Shown piece after piece: positions 37,282 to 47,775 of a stretch of 64,000 bases of DNA. Source of the DNA: an uncultured delta proteobacterium. GTDB taxonomy: Bacteria > Myxococcota_A > Polyangia > Fen-1088. The first letter of the stretch is position 1. Each line of letters opens with the position of its first letter. The DNA lies in assembly GCA_963796685.1 (NCBI GenBank), contig CAWCMR010000013.1, forward strand, positions 480,001-544,000. Reading direction: 5' to 3'. A program made the position numbers and the translations under genes. Under the pieces are notes generated by a model. It searched no databases and was not told the DNA's origin. It saw only the letters and a program-made list of their open reading frames with translations.

Positions 37282-39852
37282 TTAGCGGTGCGGGCGCGGC
37301 GCGGGCGGGGTCGCGGTGGCACCGTCTTCGGGCCAGGAATGCCGGGGATAGCGCCGGCCGAGCTCTCGGCGGATGGCGGGGTAGTGCTTCTTCCAGAAGC
37401 CGGCCAGGTCGCTCGTGACCTGCACCGCGCGATGGTTCGGCGCCAACAAGTGAAGGGTCAGGGGCACGCGGCCGCGACAAATGGTCGGGCCGACGCTCAT
37501 GCCGAAGAAGTCCTGCAAGCGTGATTCGATCCAGGGCGGTTTCCCAGCCTCGTAATTCACGGTCGCCTGTCGTCCACCCGGCAAACGCACGCGATCCGGC
37601 GTTTCCTCGCGCAGCATGCCCACCACGGCGGGCGGCAACGCCAGGCGCAGCCTCTCCTCGACCGGCACCGCCGAGAACTCGGCCAGGCTGGTCAAGCCCT
37701 GGCAAGCAGCGGTCACCATGGCGCGAATCTGTTCGCCGCCCAAGGCCGGTGTCTCGCGCTCCGGGAAGGCCGCGCGCAAGAGCTCAAGCTTTACTTGAAG
37801 TGAGGCGCTGGAAGCGTCGAGGATACCTTCCGTCGCCGAGCTGCCCGCCAGGACCGCTTCGGCCAACATGCGACTTGCCTCGGGCGAGACGGATGCGGGC
37901 CGCCGGGTCTCGTCCAGCACCACGGCGCCGTAACCAAGACGGGCGACGACCTCGACGCGTCCGGTGTCGGGATTCCATAAGGTCGACTGCGATTCCGAAA
38001 GCCCGGCCGGAACAAGGTCGAGCAGCCAATCCGGCGCGATGGCCACCGCGAGGCGGACGACCACGCTTCGCCCGACCTTCTGCCCGGCCGTCCCCGACCG
38101 CTCTTCCGCGTCCACCGCCACGAGCAGATCGCCGGGTGGCAAGGGGCCAATCTCGGCCGCTCCGCCGGTGGCGAGAATGGCCTGGCCGGCGCCCGGCGAC
38201 CTGCGCCGCATGACCCGATCCGGGAATGCGGTCAACGTGGCCATGGCCAGGGCCGCATCCACGGCCTCCGGATTGCTCGGCCTCGGCGCCCCAGGGTGGC
38301 CGAGCATGTTCGCCAGTTGCCGCCGCGCCTTGTCCGCCGATTCGGCCGCTCGCGCGTTCACGCCCAGGCCGCGCAAGCGGTTGCGGTCGAAGCGTGCGGC
38401 GCGCGCTTGCCCGAAGCGGTCCAGGCGTTCGAGCAGATCCGCGCCTTCCGCCGAACCCTGGCGATTCCGCGACTCGCCGAAGCGCGCGCGGGCCTCATCG
38501 CTGATGTCGCCCTCGGAGAGCAGAGCGGCCAAGGCGGCGGCGTCCTCCCCCACCCCGCGCCGCTCGCCCTCGACCAGCAGGCGCGCCAGCCGAGGATGTG
38601 CCGGAAAACGCAGCATGCACCGTCCGATGTCGGTCAAACCGCCCTTCTTGTCGATAGCATCGAGCCTGCGCAGAAGCTCGCTTCCCGCCTCCAACGATGC
38701 CGTATCGGGCGTCTCGAACCACGCGAAGCGGCTGGTGTCGCCCACCTCGAGCGCGGCCAGGGTAAGCAGCGCCTCGGAGAGGTCCAGGCGCCGAACCTCG
38801 GGGATCTCGTAGGGTCGTCGCGATTCGAAGTCGTGGCGCGGATAGAGGCGCAAGGCCCGGCCCGGCGCCGTGCGCCCCGCGCGCCCCGCCCGCTGGACTG
38901 CCGAGGCCTGGCTGATCTTGCCCACCGACAGACGCGAAAGGCCACTCCACGGCGAATGGGAGGCCATGCGGGCCAAGCCGGAGTCCACGACCCCGACAAC
39001 ACCCGGGATGGTCACCGAGGTTTCGGCAACGTTGGTGGAGAGGATAATCTTGGGGCGCTCGGCCGGCCGCACGGCCCGCTGCTGCTCGGCGGGCGGCAGA
39101 TCGCCGTGCAGGGGCAACACGAGCAGATTCCTTGCCTGGGCGAATGGCCCGAGTGCTTCCCAGACGCGCCGAATCTCGCCCGCGCCTGGCAGAAACACCA
39201 GCAGATCGCCCTGGCATCCGTCCTGATGGACGCGGCGGACCACCGAGGCGATCCGATCTGCCAGTGGGCGGTCGTCGGGCGCCTCGGGATACTCGACGGC
39301 GACGGGGAAGGCACGCCCTTCGCTGCGGATACCAGGACAGCCCCCCAGAAACTCGCGCACCGGATCGCTTTCGAGGGTGGCGGACATCACCACCAGACGC
39401 AAGTCCGGTCGCCCTCCTCGTTGCAATCGGGCGAGCAGGGCCAGGGCCAGATCCGTGGCCAGGTGCCGCTCGTGGAACTCGTCCAGGATGACCGTGGACA
39501 CGCCGTGCAAGGTCGGATCCGCGAGCAGCCGGCGCAGCAGAATGCCTTCGGTCATGAAGCGAATGCGCGTGCGAGCGCCCCCCACGTCCTCGAAACGCAC
39601 CGAATACCCGACGGTCCGCCCAACCTCTTCGCCCAGCTCCTCGGCGACCCGCAAGGCCGCCAGGCGAGCGGGCAAGCGTCGTGGTTGAAGCACGAGGATT
39701 TCACCCTGACCAAGCCTGGCCAGCAGCGCGGGCGGTACGCGCGTGGTTTTCCCAGCGCCGGGCGGCGCCTCGATGACCAGGCTGGGTGAATCGCCGAGCG
39801 CGCCGACGATATCCGCCAGCAGCGGGTCGATCGGTAGGGTGATACGAGTCAA
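37282..39852 (-). CDS. hrpB: ATP-dependent RNA helicase HrpB
   Basis: APPGAGKTT, DEFHER, MSAT, STNVAETSVTI, QRAGRAGR, C-terminal LAPNHRAVQVTSDL...YPRHSWP; start estimated at TTG 39852. Confidence 0.95.
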   Translation of the reverse strand: MTRITLPIDPLLADIVGALGDSPSLVIEAPPGAGKTTRVPPALLARLGQGEILVLQPRRLPARLAALRVAEELGEEVGRTVGYSVRFEDVGGARTRIRFMTEGILLRRLLADPTLHGVSTVILDEFHERHLATDLALALLARLQRGGRPDLRLVVMSATLESDPVREFLGGCPGIRSEGRAFPVAVEYPEAPDDRPLADRIASVVRRVHQDGCQGDLLVFLPGAGEIRRVWEALGPFAQARNLLVLPLHGDLPPAEQQRAVRPAERPKIILSTNVAETSVTIPGVVGVVDSGLARMASHSPWSGLSRLSVGKISQASAVQRAGRAGRTAPGRALRLYPRHDFESRRPYEIPEVRRLDLSEALLTLAALEVGDTSRFAWFETPDTASLEAGSELLRRLDAIDKKGGLTDIGRCMLRFPAHPRLARLLVEGERRGVGEDAAALAALLSEGDISDEARARFGESRNRQGSAEGADLLERLDRFGQARAARFDRNRLRGLGVNARAAESADKARRQLANMLGHPGAPRPSNPEAVDAALAMATLTAFPDRVMRRRSPGAGQAILATGGAAEIGPLPPGDLLVAVDAEERSGTAGQKVGRSVVVRLAVAIAPDWLLDLVPAGLSESQSTLWNPDTGRVEVVARLGYGAVVLDETRRPASVSPEASRMLAEAVLAGSSATEGILDASSASLQVKLELLRAAFPERETPALGGEQIRAMVTAACQGLTSLAEFSAVPVEERLRLALPPAVVGMLREETPDRVRLPGGRQATVNYEAGKPPWIESRLQDFFGMSVGPTICRGRVPLTLHLLAPNHRAVQVTSDLAGFWKKHYPAIRRELGRRYPRHSWPEDGATATPPAPRPHR

Positions 39853-39869
39853 GGCGTGAGTGCTTCGGA

Positions 39870-40826
39870 CTAGGGGAAGAACTGCGCGCCTTGGCCGCGC
39901 TCGAGGTCGAAATCGAATCGGCCCGTGGATGGGTCCCCGCCAAGGGTACCGCCGATGCTCGATGCGGGCCTCGGCAGGTTGTTGATGGCGGCATTCACGA
40001 CCTGTTCGTCGACCAGCGTGAGCTTGAACGCCGTGGCGTAGATACGGTCGCCGAGCTGGACGTGGAACTTGCCTTCGATGGCGCTCCAATCGACGGGCGC
40101 CAGGTCCCTTTGGGCCGCCGAGCCGAATTCCTGGAATTCCACCCACGAGTCCCAATTGCCGTCCGTCACCACCGGGTTCGGAGTCGCAACGTAGTCCAGG
40201 GGAACGGGCGTGTAGGAGACGGCACTTGCCACGAGATTGGCCGAGCACGTCGCCATGAGCGTGAGGCCGGCGTGAACCGGGCTGTCGAACTGCACGCGCA
40301 TGCGTCCCGGCCCCGTGTCGTTGGCGGGATCGCGGTAGCAGTTGGCCTCGTCCCAGTCGTTCGCGCCCGTGTCTTTATCGACCCGTCCGCGCACGCAGCG
40401 CGCGACCTCGTACGACGAGGTGACGTCGAAGGTGAGCACGTCGTTGAGCTCGATCTGCTTGCCCGAGCGCTGCAACCGAATGGTCAACCGGTTGTTCATG
40501 ATGGCCGAGCCCGAGTTGTGCTCGCGCAGGTCGTCGATGGGCTCGCCTGCGAAGAAGGTGGGTCGCAGATCATAGGCCACGGGGGCTGCCTCGGTGCCGC
40601 ATTCACCCGAGGAGTCGCAATAGTCCCCGTTTTTCGAGCAGCCGTATTCATAGAGCAGTCCACTGGCGGCGCCGACGCCCTTGCCCACCGAGCACCCGCC
40701 CACGCTCAAGGCTCCCACGATGGCGACCAGCCAGGCGACCGAATGCCTACGATCGCCCACACAGCGCCGCCGCGGAGGGGTGTCGGCCTTGGGGTTCACG
40801 CGGATGCTCGAGGGCGCGGCTGCCAT
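39870..40826 (-). CDS. Hypothetical Cys-containing lipoprotein
   Basis: Hydrophobic segment and VGGC lipobox; C-terminal FDFDLERGQGAQFFP; start uncertain. Confidence 0.65.
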   Translation of the reverse strand: MAAAPSSIRVNPKADTPPRRRCVGDRRHSVAWLVAIVGALSVGGCSVGKGVGAASGLLYEYGCSKNGDYCDSSGECGTEAAPVAYDLRPTFFAGEPIDDLREHNSGSAIMNNRLTIRLQRSGKQIELNDVLTFDVTSSYEVARCVRGRVDKDTGANDWDEANCYRDPANDTGPGRMRVQFDSPVHAGLTLMATCSANLVASAVSYTPVPLDYVATPNPVVTDGNWDSWVEFQEFGSAAQRDLAPVDWSAIEGKFHVQLGDRIYATAFKLTLVDEQVVNAAINNLPRPASSIGGTLGGDPSTGRFDFDLERGQGAQFFP

Positions 40827-41011
40827 GGGTGGTTGGAGTCTACCTTAGCAGCTTCTTTGCCCCGAAAAAGTCGAACGGCGCGCCTTGTTAAGCGCAAAAA
40901 CGCAAACGGTCAAGTTGCGCAAAGATCCGCCGATGAGAAATTGAGCGAACAGCCGAGTCGGTCTACCCTCGGGGAGGCGCCTCTCGGCCCAGAAGATCAC
41001 GGTGGAGAGCC

Positions 41012-41389
41012 ATGACAAAGTCGGACCTGATAGAGCATGTTGCTGAGCTGAACAAAGTGTCCAAGGGGCGGGCCGAGGCGTTGGTCGACGCGGTTTTCGA
41101 GTGCCTCGGAGACGCTCTTCGTCGCGACGAGCGCGTGGAGATCCGTGGCCTCGGTAGTTTCGAGACTCGGCGCTATGGTGCCTACAAGGGGCGCAACCCG
41201 CGCACCGGCGATTCGGTGGCCGTGCGACCCAAACGCCTGCCCTTCTTCAAGGCCGGCAAGGATCTCAAGGATCTCATCAACGCGAAGCTGCGCCGAACCC
41301 AGGAGATGCCCATCGTCAAGATGGGCGAGACGCCCGCGCGCGCGGAGAGCACCGCCGACCCGCGAGCCGCTTCGTCGCGAGCGCGGTGA
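41012..41389 (+). CDS. ihfB: Integration host factor beta / HU family DNA-binding protein
   Basis: MTKSDLI, RVEIRGLGSF, GRNPRTG, PFFKAGKDLK. Confidence 0.88.
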   Translation: MTKSDLIEHVAELNKVSKGRAEALVDAVFECLGDALRRDERVEIRGLGSFETRRYGAYKGRNPRTGDSVAVRPKRLPFFKAGKDLKDLINAKLRRTQEMPIVKMGETPARAESTADPRAASSRAR

Positions 41390-41484
41390 AGTCCGACCCG
41401 AGGTCGATGCCGCGATGGGGGCGCCCCGGCTGACCACGGGTGGCAAACTGCACGTAACGCCCAATGCCCTGGGACGGGTAACGG

Positions 41485-41761
41485 CTGAGGAAGCCAGGAA
41501 AGCAGGAAAAAAACAGCAGCGCCGATGACACTGCCGCGGTTAGGTTCTCATGCTCGAGTCCCATCGGCTTTTCCTGGGTGCACAAGGCATTTGGGCCTGG
41601 ATTCCTGGAGTCGGTCTATGAGAACGCCCTCACCTTCGAGCTTGCGGCGCGGGAAGTTCACGTCGAGCGGCAGCTAGGCTAGCCGTGCCGATCCTGTGTC
41701 GCGGCAGTGGGGTACGGCCATCCCACCCATTCCTGGCTTCCTGGCTTCCTGGCTTCCTCAG
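41485..41761 (+). pseudogene. GxxExxY-family gene remnant flanked by inverted octamer-repeat arms
   Basis: 41578-41682 reads VHKAFGPGFLESVYENALTFEL...VERQ then stops; flanks CTGAGGAAGCCAGGAAAGCAGGAA (41485-41508) and TTCCTGGCTTCCTGGCTTCCTCAG (41738-41761) are inverted 22/24. Confidence 0.8.
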
Positions 41762-41861
41762 AGGCCTCCTTTTCTGTTGAGCACCCGCCCATAGGCAAAC
41801 GCGCGTGGTCAGGGGTATCGTGGCCCCATGTCCTCCATCGGCGACCGGTCTTGAGGCTCCC

Positions 41862-43988
41862 GTGATCGAGCAGATCGGCTCCTCGTTTCTCGTCGCCGTC
41901 GGCGCCGCGGTCTCGTCCCCGCTCGCCGACGTCGCGCTGATGATTGGCATCGCGGCACTCCTGGCCATCATCTTTCAGCGACTTGGTCTGCCCATCGTGC
42001 TCGGATATCTGTCGGCCGGGCTGCTGGTGGGGCCCCATCTGCCAACGGGATTCACCGTCGACCCCGGCCTGGCCCACCCCCTGTCGGACGCCGGGGTCAT
42101 CCTGCTCATGTTCTCGCTCGGGCTGGAGTTCAGCCTTCGCCGATTGATTCGCATCGCGCCCAGCGGAGGACTGGTGGCGCTGATCGAGTGCAGCCTGGTT
42201 GCTTGGCTGGGCTACTTCTGCGGCAGGCTGCTCGGTTGGAGCACGACCGAGAGCATCTTCGCCGGCGCTTTGTGCGCCATCTCCAGCACCACCATCATCG
42301 CCAAGACCTTCGCCGAAAAGAACATCCACGGTCGCCTGAGCGAGATCGTCTTCTCGGTGCTGGTGGCCGAGGATCTGATCGCCATCCTGCTCCTGGCCGT
42401 GCTGACCGCGGTGACCGGCGGCGGCAGCGTGTCGGCAGGGTTCCTCGGCCGGACCACCTTGCGCCTGGGCGGGTTCCTGGCGGTCATGCTCGCCGGGGGC
42501 ATGCTGGCGGTGCCCAGGCTGGTTCGGCTGGTTGCACGGTTGGGTCGCGCCGAGATCCTGGTCATGACCTGCCTCGGGCTTGCCTTCGGGTTCGCCTTCC
42601 TGGCGCAACAAGCGGGCTATTCGGTGGCCTTCGGCGCGTTTCTGGCGGGCGCCTTGGTGGCCGAATCGGGCGAAGCGAGAGTGGCCGAGCGTCTGGTGCG
42701 GCCAATTCGCGACATCTTCGCCGGCGTCTTCTTCGTTTCCATCGGCATGCTGATCGATCCGGGTGCCATTCGCGATCATGCCGGGGCGGTCGCCGTCTTG
42801 ACGGCGGTGGTGGTGACGGGCAAGGTTCTGGGTGTCAGCCTTGGCTCGTTCGTGGCGGGACATGGCGTACGCCTTTCCATCCAATCGGGCATGAGCCTGG
42901 CCCAGATCGGCGAGCTCTCTTTCGTCATCGCCGGGCTGGGCGCGACCTCGGGCGCGCTGCGCAGCTTCTTGTTTCCCGTCGCCATCGCGGTCTCGGCCAT
43001 CACCACGTTGCTGACGCCAACCTTGATTCGAAGATCGGCCGGCGTCGCGGCCTACGTCGATCGCCGACTTCCGCACGCGGTGCAAACCTACGCCGCGCTC
43101 TATGGATCCTGGGTACAGGCCCTGGGCGAGGCGCGCAGCCGGCGCACGGAGTGGACGCGTATTCGTCGTCTGGCCGGCTTTCTCGTCCTGGACGTGGTCA
43201 TCATCGCCGCGCTGGTCATCGCATCGTCGCTCGGACGGGTGCGTTTGGCCGGGCTTCTGACCGGGCGGATTCACCCGCTGGTCGCGAGTGCCCTCTTGAC
43301 CCTGGCGACGCTCGCGCTCGCCCTGCCCTTCTTCTGGAGCGCCTTGCGCTCGGCCCGACGGCTTGGGCTCTTGCTTGCGAACGGGGCCTTTCCGCGCAAG
43401 GGCCAAGACGCGGATCTGGCCGAAGCTCCCAGGCGTGCCCTGCGCGCCACGCTCGAAGTGGCGATGCTGTTCGCCGCGGGCGCGCCCTTGGTGGCGCTGA
43501 CCCAACCCTTTCTGCCGACGTCTTTTCCCTTCGGCCTCGCGCTCGTCGTCGGGGTTGCCCTGCTTGCCTTGCCCTTCTGGCGCAGCACCACCAATCTGCA
43601 AGGTCACGTGCGCGCCGGCACGCAGGCCATTTTGGAAACCCTGGTCGCGCAGAGTCGCAGCGGCAAGCCCGCGTCGACCAGCCTGGAGGAGCTGCGCGCG
43701 CTGCTCCCCGGCATCGGCGAGCCCACCATCGTTCCACTGGCGAAGGGCGCGGTTTGCGTGGGGCGCAGCCTCAAGGACATGAACCTGCGCGGTCTCACCG
43801 GCGCCACCGTGCTGGCTGTCGAGCGGGGTCCCGGCGAGGTCGTCTTCCCCGCCGCCGACGAAGTCCTGCGCGAGCACGACCTGCTCGTCCTCACCGGCAC
43901 GCACGAAGCCGTGGCTGCCGCCCGCGAGCTGTTGGCGCAGACGAGCCAACCCGCGCTCGTCGTTTCCGACGGCGACCTGATCGGGTAG
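41862..43988 (+). CDS. CPA2 cation:proton antiporter with C-terminal TrkA-C (RCK-C) domain
   Basis: LLMFSLGLEFS, ISSTTII, VAEDL, LAQIGELSF; terminal GRSLKDMNLRGLTGATVLAV. Confidence 0.9.
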   Translation: MIEQIGSSFLVAVGAAVSSPLADVALMIGIAALLAIIFQRLGLPIVLGYLSAGLLVGPHLPTGFTVDPGLAHPLSDAGVILLMFSLGLEFSLRRLIRIAPSGGLVALIECSLVAWLGYFCGRLLGWSTTESIFAGALCAISSTTIIAKTFAEKNIHGRLSEIVFSVLVAEDLIAILLLAVLTAVTGGGSVSAGFLGRTTLRLGGFLAVMLAGGMLAVPRLVRLVARLGRAEILVMTCLGLAFGFAFLAQQAGYSVAFGAFLAGALVAESGEARVAERLVRPIRDIFAGVFFVSIGMLIDPGAIRDHAGAVAVLTAVVVTGKVLGVSLGSFVAGHGVRLSIQSGMSLAQIGELSFVIAGLGATSGALRSFLFPVAIAVSAITTLLTPTLIRRSAGVAAYVDRRLPHAVQTYAALYGSWVQALGEARSRRTEWTRIRRLAGFLVLDVVIIAALVIASSLGRVRLAGLLTGRIHPLVASALLTLATLALALPFFWSALRSARRLGLLLANGAFPRKGQDADLAEAPRRALRATLEVAMLFAAGAPLVALTQPFLPTSFPFGLALVVGVALLALPFWRSTTNLQGHVRAGTQAILETLVAQSRSGKPASTSLEELRALLPGIGEPTIVPLAKGAVCVGRSLKDMNLRGLTGATVLAVERGPGEVVFPAADEVLREHDLLVLTGTHEAVAAARELLAQTSQPALVVSDGDLIG

Positions 43989-44002
43989 CGCAGGTCTCCA
44001 AA

Positions 44003-44174
44003 CTAGGAGCCTGTTGCGCATAGCCGGACCGAGCGGGACGGAGCGCGGCGAGGCCGGATGCAAGGAGCAGCGAAGCGCCGAATACTGGCGGTATTCAAGC
44101 GAGCGGCGACGCCGCAGACGGCCCCGCCCCGCCCGTCCCGCGACGCTTGGAGGCTATGTGCAACAGGCTCCTAG
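44003..44174. mobile_element. MITE with terminal inverted repeats and CTAG target-site duplication
   Basis: CTAGGAGCCTGTTGCGCATAGCC ... GGCTATGTGCAACAGGCTCCTAG (22/23 inverted, including CTAG); non-coding interior; right CTAG holds the thyX stop. Confidence 0.85.
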
Positions 44175-45184
44175 CCGTCGCGCGGCTTGGCTTCGCCGTG
44201 GGGTACCGCTTCGGCGGCTTTCTGCTCGAAGTACGCGGCGGGTTTGGCCTTGGACACATCGAGCTCGAAATCCGGAACGCCGGCGCGAGCGAGGATGGCG
44301 AGCATTTCGTCGATCTCTCGCCCCGACAGGCCCTTGGCCTCCAGATCGGCGCGCGACAGCTTCGCCGACTCTGCTGCCACACCTCCGTCAGCGCCGCGCA
44401 CCATCGCGCGCAGCACGTCCAGCTCCATGCGAGACAGGTGCGCCCCGCACACGTCGTAGTCGATCCACGCTTCGTAGGACAGTGGGGCGACGCGCTTGAG
44501 CATGCCCGCCATCACGCGGCCGAATTCCTGGATCTCCCACTGCGCGTGCGCGTCCACGCGCAAGGTCAGGAAGTGAAGCAGGTTGTGCAAGTCGATCTTC
44601 CAATACCACTGCGTGTACGTGGACAACGGCAGATCGATGCGGGCGATTTCGCGCGCCACCTCCTGCCCGTTCAGCCACTCGTAGGTGGCGACGGCGTCCG
44701 CGCGCAACCCGCGCCAGCGCCTGAAAGCCTCGGCGCGCAGAGTCGCGTCGAGCGGCGCCCCGGAACGGCCCTGGTGGTTGTGCGCGCTCTGCGCCAGCAG
44801 TTGCTCCTCGGGCGGCTGGTAGAAGAGCATGGGCATCAGGCTGTAGCGCCCCGACATCTCGTTCACGTTGGCGGTGCGATGGCGGATCCACTGGCGCGCC
44901 ACGAAGATGGGCATCGAGCAGTGGAACTTCAGCTCGACCATCTCGCTGGGCGTGGTGTGCTTGTGTCGGCGCAGGTAGCGGAGCAGCCCGCGCGTCTGGC
45001 TCTTCTTGCGCGTGCCGAAGCCGTAGCTCACGCGCGCCGCGCGCTCGATGTCCTCGTCGCTGCCCATGTAGTCGACCAGGGCCACGAAGCCGTGGTCGAG
45101 CACGGGGAAATAGCGTCCCAGAATCTCCTCGGCGCCGGGGCTGACGCTTCTTCGCGTTGGCTTCTCTTGTGCTTCGTCTGCCAC
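44171..45184 (-). CDS. thyX: FAD-dependent thymidylate synthase
   Basis: AARVSY, HTTPSE, RQWIRHRTANVNEMSGRY, AQWEI. Confidence 0.95.
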   Translation of the reverse strand: MADEAQEKPTRRSVSPGAEEILGRYFPVLDHGFVALVDYMGSDEDIERAARVSYGFGTRKKSQTRGLLRYLRRHKHTTPSEMVELKFHCSMPIFVARQWIRHRTANVNEMSGRYSLMPMLFYQPPEEQLLAQSAHNHQGRSGAPLDATLRAEAFRRWRGLRADAVATYEWLNGQEVAREIARIDLPLSTYTQWYWKIDLHNLLHFLTLRVDAHAQWEIQEFGRVMAGMLKRVAPLSYEAWIDYDVCGAHLSRMELDVLRAMVRGADGGVAAESAKLSRADLEAKGLSGREIDEMLAILARAGVPDFELDVSKAKPAAYFEQKAAEAVPHGEAKPRDG

Positions 45185-45232
45185 GGGCCGACCCTAGCAC
45201 GAAGCCATTTCGATGGCGTCAGCGAAGGGCTG

Positions 45233-47270
45233 CTAATCCGCGTGGGCCGAACCACCGTCGAGCACCTGACGAACCTTTCTGGTCAGGTCGGTGGCCCCGA
45301 ACGGCTTGGCGATGAAGTGCGATCCCGGGGCAAGGGTGCCGTGGTGGGCAATGGCGTCGTCGGTGTAGCCGGACATGTAGAGCACCCTGATGCCCGGGCG
45401 AAGCGCCGACATGCGTTCCGCGAGGACCCTGCCGCCCATCTGCGGCATCACGACGTCGGTCAGCAGCAGGTGGATTGCTCCTTGGTGCGATTCACCCATC
45501 CGCAGTGCCTCGTCGGCCGCCCCGGCGGTGAGCACCGCATAGCCGGCCACACCAAGAATCCGGCTGGTGATGTTTCGAATGGCTTCATCATCCTCGACCA
45601 CCAGGACGGTTTCGGACCCCGTCCTGGCCACGGCCGCGCCGGCCGGCGGCACGGCCGCGACGGTCGCTGTCGCGCGCGCCACCCGCGGCAGATAGATCCT
45701 GAACGTGGTGCCATGCCCGGGTTCGCTGTAGACCCAGATGTTGCCACCGCTTTGTTTGACGATCCCGTACACCGTGGAAAGTCCGAGGCCCGTTCCCTTG
45801 CCCAGCCCTTTGGTGGTGAAGAACGGCTCGAAGATTCGCGCCTTCGTCTTGTCGTCCATGCCACAACCGGTATCCGAGACTGCGAGTCTGATGTAGGACC
45901 CCGGCTCCACCGATGCGTGGCCCGCGGCATATCCCGCGTCGAGCTCCACGTTGGAGGTCTCGATGGTGAGCTTGCCCCCCGCGGGCATGGCGTCGCGGGC
46001 GTTGACGACCAGGTTCATCATCACCTGCTCGACCTGGCCCGGGTCGGCCAGCACGACACCAAGATCCGGGGCCAGCACCTGGAAATAGTCGATGTCCTCA
46101 CCGAGGATCCGGCGCAGCATCTTTTCGACCCCGGCAACGATCCGATTGAGGTTCAGCTCCACGGGCTGAAGGACCTGCTTGCGGCTGAAGGCGAGAAGTT
46201 GTCGCGTGAGCGCCGCCGCCCGTTCGGCGGCCTTCTCCACCTCGCGAAGCTCGTCCTTGATGCCATCGCCGTCCTTGGACGCCTCCAGGGCGAAGCCGGT
46301 GGAGCATAGGATCACCGACAGCAAGTTGTTGAAGTCGTGCGCGATGCCCCCGGCAAGGCGACCGATGGCTTCCATCCTCTGCGCCTCGCGAAGTTGCTGC
46401 TCGAGCTTCTCCCGCTCGCTCTCGATTCGCTTGCGCTCGGCAAGCTCGGCCCGTAGCTGCTCGCCGATGCGGTCAAGCCGATCGTGGGCGATGGCGCGCT
46501 CCAGGGTGTATTGGAGTTGGTCGAGATACCCTTCGCGTTTGGTGACGTAGTCGGCAGCCCCGAGCTTCAAGCTGGCGATGGCGGCGGCCTCGTCGCCCCT
46601 GCCGGAGAGAATGATGAACGGCGGCAGGGGAAGACCTCGATGCTTGGCCTCGCGTGCGAAGTCGAGGCCGCTCTGGTCGGGCATGCGCAGATCGATCAGG
46701 GCCACGTCATACGCCGGAGGCTGCGCGAGCTTTGCCATGGCGTCGCGGCAGGTACTCACGACATCGATCTTGAATTGCGGCGCCGCCTCGGCAAAGTGCC
46801 GCAGGGTCAACTCGATGTCCATCGCGTAGTGCTCGACGTAGAGCATCCGGCGCGCCACGCCCTCAAGGAGCCCTTGGCTCTTCTTGCGACGGTGCTCTTC
46901 GATCACGCGGCGCAGCAGGCTCGGCAACGATGCAAGATAGTTCCCTTGCTTGGGCACGTAGCAGGCCGCGCCCAGTCGAAGCGCCTTGACCACCAGATTC
47001 TCGTCGCCAACGCCGGTCACCATAACCGTCGGCACCTGCACCCCCCTATGGGCAAGCGCGGCCAGGACCTCCACCCCCTCCATGTCGGGCAGGTGGTGGT
47101 CTAGGAGCAGCAGATCGCACTCGCCCTCGGTCACGCGATCCAGACAGTCCTGCCCGGTCTGGACGACCTCGATGACGAAGTCGACCGCGTGGTCGAGAAA
47201 ATGGGTTCGCGTCAGAATCCGCATCGAGCGCATTGTCCTCGGCGTACAGGATACGGAAGGCAGGACTCAC
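45233..47270 (-). CDS. Hybrid histidine kinase REC-REC-HisKA-HATPase-REC, frameshifted near 47216
   Basis: RILYAEDN N-terminus joins LTRTHF after removing one T; GGIAHDFNN, NLVVNARDA, FEPFFTTK, GTGLGL. Confidence 0.88.
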
Positions 47271-47280
47271 GGAAGCCTCG

Positions 47281-47757
47281 TCATGGCGTCGGGAACGGCG
47301 GCTCGTTGGTCAAGAGCCAGTAGAACTTGATCCGCTTCACCACATCGGCGAAAGCCGGAAAATCCACGGGCTTCACGATGTAGGAGTTGACACCCAACTC
47401 ATAGGCCCTGGAGATGTCGGTATCCTCTCGCGACGTGGTCACGACGACAAAGGGGATTCGCTTCCACACCGGGTGCTTGCGAGCCTGGCCCAAGACTTCG
47501 ATGCCGTCCACTTTGGGCAGACGCAGATCCAGCAGCACGAGAAGCGGCAGGCTTGGGTCGTCGGGACCCGTGTGGGCGGCCATGAACAGCAGCGCCTCCT
47601 CGCCATCGCGACAGACGAGCACGGGATTGAGCACGCCGTGCTCATCGAAGGCTTGCAGCAGAAAGTCGAGGTCCATGGGGTTGTCTTCCACCACCAAGAT
47701 GGGCCGCGCGCGTGGTCGCGCTGGTTTGGACTCGGCGTTGCTGGGCTCCGATGCCAT
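47281..47757 (-). CDS. Single-domain response regulator (Rcp1-like)
   Basis: LVVEDN, LLDLRLPKVDG, TTS, GVNSYIVKP. Confidence 0.92.
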   Translation of the reverse strand: MASEPSNAESKPARPRARPILVVEDNPMDLDFLLQAFDEHGVLNPVLVCRDGEEALLFMAAHTGPDDPSLPLLVLLDLRLPKVDGIEVLGQARKHPVWKRIPFVVVTTSREDTDISRAYELGVNSYIVKPVDFPAFADVVKRIKFYWLLTNEPPFPTP

Positions 47758-47775
47758 GGTGAAATTCCCTTCCTC

